From Planctomycetota bacterium (GTDB taxonomy: Bacteria; Planctomycetota; UBA1135; UBA2386): a stretch of DNA of 64,000 nucleotides. Positions within the stretch are counted from its first letter, which is position 1. The number at the start of each line of letters is the position of its first letter. The stretch is from NCBI GenBank assembly GCA_046290465.1, contig JBKAGP010000001.1, forward strand, positions 3,712,001-3,776,000, in the 5' to 3' direction. A program made the position numbers and the translations under genes. Below the pieces are notes generated by a model that was not told where the DNA came from, ran no database searches, and saw only the letters and a program-made list of their open reading frames with translations. Below, piece by piece: positions 58,088-64,000 of this stretch.

Positions 58088-61000
58088 ATGGATGCGAAGA
58101 AGGTCGAACAGGAGCTGGAGGACGCTCGGCGCCGCCCGCTGGGCAAGCGGCTGAAGCCGGTGTTGACGCTGCCGGGCGAGCTGCGCAAGGTCGTCGACAA
58201 CGCGAGCAAGAAGCGCTGGGCCTACCACGCGCGTCGCGCCATCGAGGTGCAGGCCAAGATCGTTCGCAAGCACTTCGCCGGCATCACCGACGCCAGACGC
58301 AGCAAGCTGATCCGCAGCCTGCTGCCCAACTTCGCCGACGCGGCCGAACAGGCATGGTCGACCCTGGCCCGCCGGCCCTACCAGGACGAAGGCACCCGCA
58401 AGCCGTTCCGCGCGCCCGCTGGTTCAGAAGAGCTCGACGTGCGCCGCGGCTCGTGGCTGCTCGAGCAGTCCGCCAAGTTCGGCGACCTGGATCGCGACAT
58501 CATCTGGCTCGCCAAGTGGGCCGCGCACATCTCGTCCTACGGCGAGGCCACCGAGATCGGTTGGCTGCTGGCCGGCGCGCTCGACCGCGGCGACGCGGCC
58601 TCCGACGAGGTCTTCGAGATCCTGAAGGACTCGGCGAGCGGCGAACACGAGATCGGTGCGATGGGACGCCACGTCACCCAGGCGATGATGTCGTGCGGCC
58701 GCGAGGACGCCTGGGAGTTCAACGAGAAGCTGCTGCTGGCCGCGCAGCGGCAGGAAGGCCTGCGCCAGACGATCCTGGAGTCGATCGACGAGAGCCACCC
58801 CGAGGCGTTCCGCCGCATGCTGCGGCTGATCCTCGAGCACGACCTGGCGCGGTTCTCGTCGGTCGTGCGCGCGTTCGACACGTGGTTCGGATTCATGTGG
58901 GACGGCTCCAGCGGCATCAAGGTCAACGAGGTGCTCGAGAAGGTGCTGCGCTGCTTCGACGACGACGCGCAGCGCGACCGGGCGCTCGCCGGCGACGACC
59001 CCGAAACCGCCTACCTCGCGCTGTGGACACTCGCGTTCGAAGACGTCGAGTCGGCGGTCGCGCCCGCCGCGCGGCTGCTCGAGCACGAGTCGGCCGAGAT
59101 GCGCTTCGTCGCGATGCACCTGCTGGCGCAGACCCAGTGGACGACCGCGGTCGCGCACGCACCGCGCATGCTCGCCGACGACGACCTGCGGGTCGCGGCC
59201 CGCGCATTCCTGTGCGTCGCCGAGACCGAGCCCAGCCACGAGACGTTCGCCGCGCTCGAGCCGCTGCTGGGTCGCTTCCGGCGCAAGAGCGTCAAGCTGC
59301 CGAGCATCGTGTGGCCGTGGTGGGAGATGAAGATCGAGCGCACGGAGATCGCCGACCAGCTGATCCGCCACGGCAAGGGCATGCCGCAGAGCCGGTTGAT
59401 GCCGTACGTCAACGACCTCGATTCGTGGGATCGCGCGGGGTTCGTGCGTGAGGCAGCCGGCCTCGACCGCTGGGCCCAAGGCGACGCCATGCGCAAGCCG
59501 AAGGTCCTGACCGGCGGCACCTACGAGCTCGCCGTCGCGCTGATCGGGGACGCGTCGCCCGACGCGCGCAAGGCGGCCTTCGCGTCCCTGGCGAGCACCG
59601 AGGTGCAGGCCGCGGAGCGGGACCACCTGGTCGAGTTGCTCCGGCGCAAGGCCAGCGACCTGCGCAGCGGCGTGCTCGCGCGCCTTACCAGGCTCGACGA
59701 CGACGAACTGCTCGCGACGGCGGCGACGCTGATGCGCAACAAGGACGCGATGCGTCGGCTCGCCGGCCTCGAGCTGGTCCGGGACGCGGTCGAGAAGGAC
59801 CGCTGCACCGAGCAGGCGCGCGCGCTGGCGCGCGACGTGTTCGCGCAGCGCGAACCGACCGACGGCGAACGCGCCCACCTCGACACGATCCTCGGCGATC
59901 GCACGGAGGTCGCCTCGCGCGACGACTGCCTGGGCCTGATCGACGGCGGTGCGCGGATGCAGTGGCAGCGACCCTCCGCGAAGGCGCCGACCGATCGGAC
60001 CAAGGCCGCCCGCGCCGCGCTCGAATCGCTGGCGCAGCTCGTGCTGGACCATGGCGACACCGAGATCGTCGACCTGTTCGGCGATCGCACGACGCTGCTC
60101 GACGCCGGCCGCCGCATCGGCGACCCGGGCAACCGCGAGCTCGCCGAACAGCGCGAGGGCAAGCTGCCGCTCGTCGACGTCTGGCAGCAATGGCAGCGTG
60201 GTCGCGGCACCGAGCTGCGCGACCAGGACGGTCTCGAGCTCGTCCGGGCCTGGGTCGCGGACGACGCGAGCAAGATCTGGGGTGGGCCGACCGCGCGCAA
60301 GCTGGCCGGGTCCGAGGCCTGGAGCAGCGGCCGACAGCTGCTCTCGTGCCTGCTCGAGTGGGCCATCTTCTGGCAGCGCCCCGAGGGCGCCTTCGCCCAC
60401 TTCGTCGACGGCATCGCGCACGAACTCGGCAGGCTGACCAGGGGGCAGCTTCGCACGCTCGCCGACCAGGGCCATCACTGCGTCTGGAACAGCGAGAAAC
60501 CACACGACCGGATCGTCGACCGTGCATCGCACCTCCAGCAGCGCTACCGCAGGCTGCAAGACCTGCTCCCCAGCCAGGTGGACGAGGCCACGGCGCGTCG
60601 CGCCTATGCGACCCTGCGCTGGTTCCAGCTCGAGACCGGATCCCGCAGCCGGCTCGGGCCGAACCTCCGTGAGTTCCGCGCCGCCGCCGACGCCGGCCTG
60701 TTCGACGATCCCACGGCCGAACTGACCCAGCTGCTGATCGGTCCGGCGGCCGACCGCGACCTGCTCAGTCAGTGCACCGGCCACAAGCCGTGCAAGGAGT
60801 TCGCCGACCATGCCACGTTCGCGACGACGATCCAGCGCATCCGCGAGCGCCTGGTCGAGGTCGAGACCCGGCGCGGCGACCGCACGACCGCCGCATCCGC
60901 CCTGACCATCGGCCTGCGCCACACCGGCGGCCTCGACACGCTCGGCGCGGCCATGAAGGCGCTCGGCAGCACGAAGTTCGCGCGCAGCTACAGCTGGTGG

Positions 61001-62971
61001 GGCGACGAACCGTCGCGCAAGGACACGCTGAGCCACCTGGTGATCAACTCGATCCCGCGGCCCGAGGACACCCACGACGCGTTCGTGGAGTGGGCCGACG
61101 CCAGCGGCATCAAGCAGGCCCGCCTCGTCGAGTTGGCGACCTACGCGCCGCAGTGGGCCCCGCACGTCAACGCCGTGCTCGGCTGGGACGGCCTCGAGAA
61201 CGGCGTCTGGTGGATCCACGCCCACACCAAGGACGACAGCTGGAACGGCAAGGAGCTGAAGGAGCAGTGGACGGCGCAGGTCAGCGAACGCACGCCGCTG
61301 TCCGCATCGGACCTGACCGAAGGAGCCGTCGACGTCGCGTGGTTCCACGACGCATACGGCCGTCTCGGCGCCGAGCGCTGGCAGGCGCTCGACAAGGCGG
61401 CGAAGTACGCGTCGAGCAGCGGTGGCCACAAGCGCGCGCAGCTGTTCGCCGACGCGATGCGCGGCACGACGACGCACGACGAGTTGCTGGCACGGATCGA
61501 CGAGAAGCGCCATCAGGACTCGGTGCGCGCGCTCGGGTTGCTGCCGCTGGCCACGGGCAAGGGTCGCGACGCCGACCTGCTGGCGCGCTACCAGGCGCTA
61601 CAGGAGTTCCGCCGCCAAAGCCGCAAGTTCGGCTCCCAGCGCCAGCAGAGCGAAGGGCGCGCGACCGCCATCGGCCTCGAGAACCTCGCCCGCACCGCCG
61701 GCTTCACGGATCCGCTGCGGCTGCAGTGGGCGATGGAGATGGACGCGATCGCCGATCTGCGCGACGGCCCGGTGGTCGTCACCAAGGGCGACACGGTGCT
61801 GACGCTCAGCATCGACGAACAGGGCAAGCCCGACCTCGCCGTGCACAAGGGCGAACGCAAGCTCAAGTCGGTTCCCGCGCGGCTCAACAAGGACGCGGAC
61901 ATCGTCGAGCTCAAGGCGCGCCTCAAGGAGCTGCGCCGGCAGGCCTCGCGCGTGCAGGGCGCGCTCGAGGAGTCGATGTGCCGCGGCGACGCCTTCGAGG
62001 CGGACGAACTGCGCCAACTGCTGCAGCACCCGATCCTGGCTCCGAGCCTGCGCCGCCTGGTGTTCCTCGGCGAGGACATCGCCGGCTACCTCGAGAAGGA
62101 CGGCAGGGTGCTGGTCGACCACGCCGGCACGATCGAGCCGATCCGCAAGACCGAGACCCTGCGGCTGGCGCATCCACACGACCTGCTCGATCGCGGCGAC
62201 TGGGCCTCGTGGCAGCGCGACTGCTACCGGCGCGAGCGCATCCAGCCGTTCAAGCAGGTGTTCCGCGAGACCTACCCGCTGACCGCAGCCGAACGCGACG
62301 AGGGCAAGCGATCCAAGCGCTACGCCGGGCACCAGGTCGGCCCACGCCGGGCGCTGGCGCTGCTCGGCAAGCGCGGCTGGGTCGCCCAGCCCGAAGAAGG
62401 CGTCAGCCGCACGTTCCACGCCGAGGGCGTCACCGCACGGCTGACGTTCCAGGAGGCGTTCTACTCGCCGGCGGACATCGAGGGACTGACGCTGGAGGAC
62501 GTCGTGTTCACCAGGAAGGGCGAGCACGACCCCTTGCAGCTCGTCGACGTGCCGCCGCGTGTGTTCAGCGAGGCCATGCGGGACATGGACCTGGTCGTCA
62601 GCGTCGCCCACGAGGGCGGAGTCGATCCGGAGGCCAGCGCGTCGACCGTCGAGATGCGCGCCAACCTGATGCGCGAGACCTGCAGGCTGCTCGACATCGA
62701 CAACGTCGAGGTGCTCGACCACCACGCGCTGATCAAGGGCTCGCTCGCCGACTACTCGCTGCACCTCGGCAGCGCCGTCGCCAGCGTGCGCGGCGGCCTG
62801 TCGCTGGCGATCGTCGCGGTGCACTCGCAGCACCGGGGCCGGCTGTTCCTGCCGTTCGCCGACGACGACCCGCGGACCGCCGAGGTGCTGTCCAAGATGC
62901 TGCTGCTGGCGCGCGACCGCGAACTGAAGGACCCGGGCATCCTCGAGCAGATCCGACGCGCGAACGGCTAG
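58088..62971 (+). CDS. Large DUF4132 (with DUF5724-like) domain protein with HEAT-like repeats
   Basis: LEESMCRG, HPIL, LAHP, QPFKQVFRE and FSEAMRDMDL are DUF4132-type motifs; QEGLRQTILE, RFSSVVRA N-terminal. Confidence 0.85.
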   Translation: MDAKKVEQELEDARRRPLGKRLKPVLTLPGELRKVVDNASKKRWAYHARRAIEVQAKIVRKHFAGITDARRSKLIRSLLPNFADAAEQAWSTLARRPYQDEGTRKPFRAPAGSEELDVRRGSWLLEQSAKFGDLDRDIIWLAKWAAHISSYGEATEIGWLLAGALDRGDAASDEVFEILKDSASGEHEIGAMGRHVTQAMMSCGREDAWEFNEKLLLAAQRQEGLRQTILESIDESHPEAFRRMLRLILEHDLARFSSVVRAFDTWFGFMWDGSSGIKVNEVLEKVLRCFDDDAQRDRALAGDDPETAYLALWTLAFEDVESAVAPAARLLEHESAEMRFVAMHLLAQTQWTTAVAHAPRMLADDDLRVAARAFLCVAETEPSHETFAALEPLLGRFRRKSVKLPSIVWPWWEMKIERTEIADQLIRHGKGMPQSRLMPYVNDLDSWDRAGFVREAAGLDRWAQGDAMRKPKVLTGGTYELAVALIGDASPDARKAAFASLASTEVQAAERDHLVELLRRKASDLRSGVLARLTRLDDDELLATAATLMRNKDAMRRLAGLELVRDAVEKDRCTEQARALARDVFAQREPTDGERAHLDTILGDRTEVASRDDCLGLIDGGARMQWQRPSAKAPTDRTKAARAALESLAQLVLDHGDTEIVDLFGDRTTLLDAGRRIGDPGNRELAEQREGKLPLVDVWQQWQRGRGTELRDQDGLELVRAWVADDASKIWGGPTARKLAGSEAWSSGRQLLSCLLEWAIFWQRPEGAFAHFVDGIAHELGRLTRGQLRTLADQGHHCVWNSEKPHDRIVDRASHLQQRYRRLQDLLPSQVDEATARRAYATLRWFQLETGSRSRLGPNLREFRAAADAGLFDDPTAELTQLLIGPAADRDLLSQCTGHKPCKEFADHATFATTIQRIRERLVEVETRRGDRTTAASALTIGLRHTGGLDTLGAAMKALGSTKFARSYSWWGDEPSRKDTLSHLVINSIPRPEDTHDAFVEWADASGIKQARLVELATYAPQWAPHVNAVLGWDGLENGVWWIHAHTKDDSWNGKELKEQWTAQVSERTPLSASDLTEGAVDVAWFHDAYGRLGAERWQALDKAAKYASSSGGHKRAQLFADAMRGTTTHDELLARIDEKRHQDSVRALGLLPLATGKGRDADLLARYQALQEFRRQSRKFGSQRQQSEGRATAIGLENLARTAGFTDPLRLQWAMEMDAIADLRDGPVVVTKGDTVLTLSIDEQGKPDLAVHKGERKLKSVPARLNKDADIVELKARLKELRRQASRVQGALEESMCRGDAFEADELRQLLQHPILAPSLRRLVFLGEDIAGYLEKDGRVLVDHAGTIEPIRKTETLRLAHPHDLLDRGDWASWQRDCYRRERIQPFKQVFRETYPLTAAERDEGKRSKRYAGHQVGPRRALALLGKRGWVAQPEEGVSRTFHAEGVTARLTFQEAFYSPADIEGLTLEDVVFTRKGEHDPLQLVDVPPRVFSEAMRDMDLVVSVAHEGGVDPEASASTVEMRANLMRETCRLLDIDNVEVLDHHALIKGSLADYSLHLGSAVASVRGGLSLAIVAVHSQHRGRLFLPFADDDPRTAEVLSKMLLLARDRELKDPGILEQIRRANG

Positions 62972-63020
62972 GAGCGCGTTCATGGAGTCCACGCGCTGCC
63001 AACCGTGATCGCGGAAGCGG
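62968..63020 (+). repeat. Repeat family B copy 3 (truncated)
   Basis: CTAGGAGCGCG...GCTGCCAACCGTGATCGCGGAAGCGG matches the first ~53 nt of copy 2; holds the upstream TAG. Confidence 0.8.
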
Positions 63021-63021
63021 A

Positions 63022-64000
63022 CGCTTCGAGGCCGAACGGCAGGCGCTGGCGCGCATGACCCATCCGGGCATCGCGACCGTGCACGACGCCGGCTGCGACG
63101 CGCACGGACAGCCGTTCCTGGTCATGGAATACGTCGACGGCCTGCCGATCGTCGAGCACTGCGAGGCCACCGACTGCGACCTCGAGTCGCGGCTCCACCT
63201 GTTCGCGCGCGTCTGCGACGCGGTCGAGCACGCCCACCGACGTGGCGTGCTGCACCGCGACATCAAGCCGAGCAACATCCTGGTCTCCACCCACGGCGAC
63301 GACGCCCAGCCGAAGGTGATCGACTTCGGCATCGCCAAGGCGCTGGAGGAGCCGTTCGGCGAGAGCGGCGACATGACGATGCAGGGCACGCTGCTGGGCA
63401 CGCTGCTGGGCACGCTCGACTACATGAGCCCCGAGCAGCTGGGCGGGCGACGGGCGCAAGGTCGACACCCGCAGCGACGTCTATGCCCTCGGGATGATCC
63501 TCTACGAGATGCTGGTCGGCGTGCGGCCGCTCGAGTCCGGCGCCGCCGACGGCCTGACCGACTGGCTGCGCATCGTGCGCGAGCACGAGCCGATGCGGCC
63601 CAGCCGGCGCATCCTCGCCCGCCGCGCCACCGGCATCGTCACCACGACCAGCCTGCGTCGCATGCGGCGGGAGCTCGGCACGTTCTCGGGCAGCGCCGTC
63701 GCGACGACCGGCTTCGCGCCGGAGTTCGCGCCGGCGTTCACGACCGCGCTCGACACGCAGAACGGCACCGGCTTCGTCGAGGTCCCGCACAGCGACGCGC
63801 TGGTCCCCACAGCCGGCCTGACGATCGAGGCGGTGATCGAACTCGACTCGAACTTCGGCCGCGAGACGATCGTGCGCAAGGACCTGGCGCCGTTCGCCGA
63901 GAGCTACAACTTCCGCGTCGAGTTCGGCGCGCTGCAGCTGATCATCAACACCACGACCGGGTTCCAGACGCTGTGGGCGCTCGGCACGCCGCTGCCGCTC
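63022..64000 (+). pseudogene. Ser/Thr protein kinase remnant (no N-lobe start, +1 frameshift) running into a LamG-like domain; continues past window end
   Basis: ERQALARMTHP, VMEYV, HRDIKPSN, IDFGIAK, YMSPEQ in one frame; DTRSDVYALG and then VPHSDAL...LTIEAVI in the next frame. Confidence 0.8.

Noticed and set aside
58061..58090. Read-through or Sec at the TGA between the Ubl-like ORF and the in-frame DUF4132 gene
   Set aside because: In-frame by one-in-three chance; no Cys context or clear SECIS-like hairpin; a -10-like hexamer precedes the downstream ATG
1..64000. Prophage, integrase, transposase, rRNA or tRNA
   Set aside because: No recognisable motifs found

Overview
High-GC bacterial chromosomal window, about 50 CDS, no rRNA, tRNA, CRISPR array or transposase recognised. 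Gene content (ASPIC/UnbV FG-GAP protein, Cys-less CtaA, DUF1570-like protein, eukaryote-type Ser/Thr kinase remnant, secreted proteins with a shared C-terminal domain) suggests a Planctomycetota genome (inference). Housekeeping blocks: manA-rluB-M16/M16-nif3, recN, gdh, ctaA-cyoE-ABC-DUF420, rsmD, moaA, mpaA-oppBC, proline racemase. Top candidates for undescribed biology: (1) a secreted FG-GAP protein split by an in-frame TGA (W-TGA-C) followed by a bacterial SECIS-like hairpin, i.e. a probable selenoprotein (44317-45651); (2) a ubiquitin-like protein ending in LAGG directly upstream of a 1627-aa DUF4132-type protein; (3) a YfcC transporter with an XRE-like HTH inserted in its first loop; (4) a coupled GGT + 7TM + deiminase-fold operon; (5) a shared C-terminal domain on unrelated secreted proteins; (6) a porin + binding protein + chemoreceptor module; (7) two REP/MITE-like repeat families, including perfect 38-bp inverted copies that bracket one gene and supply neighbouring stop codons. 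All family calls come from motif recognition by eye; no database searches were run.
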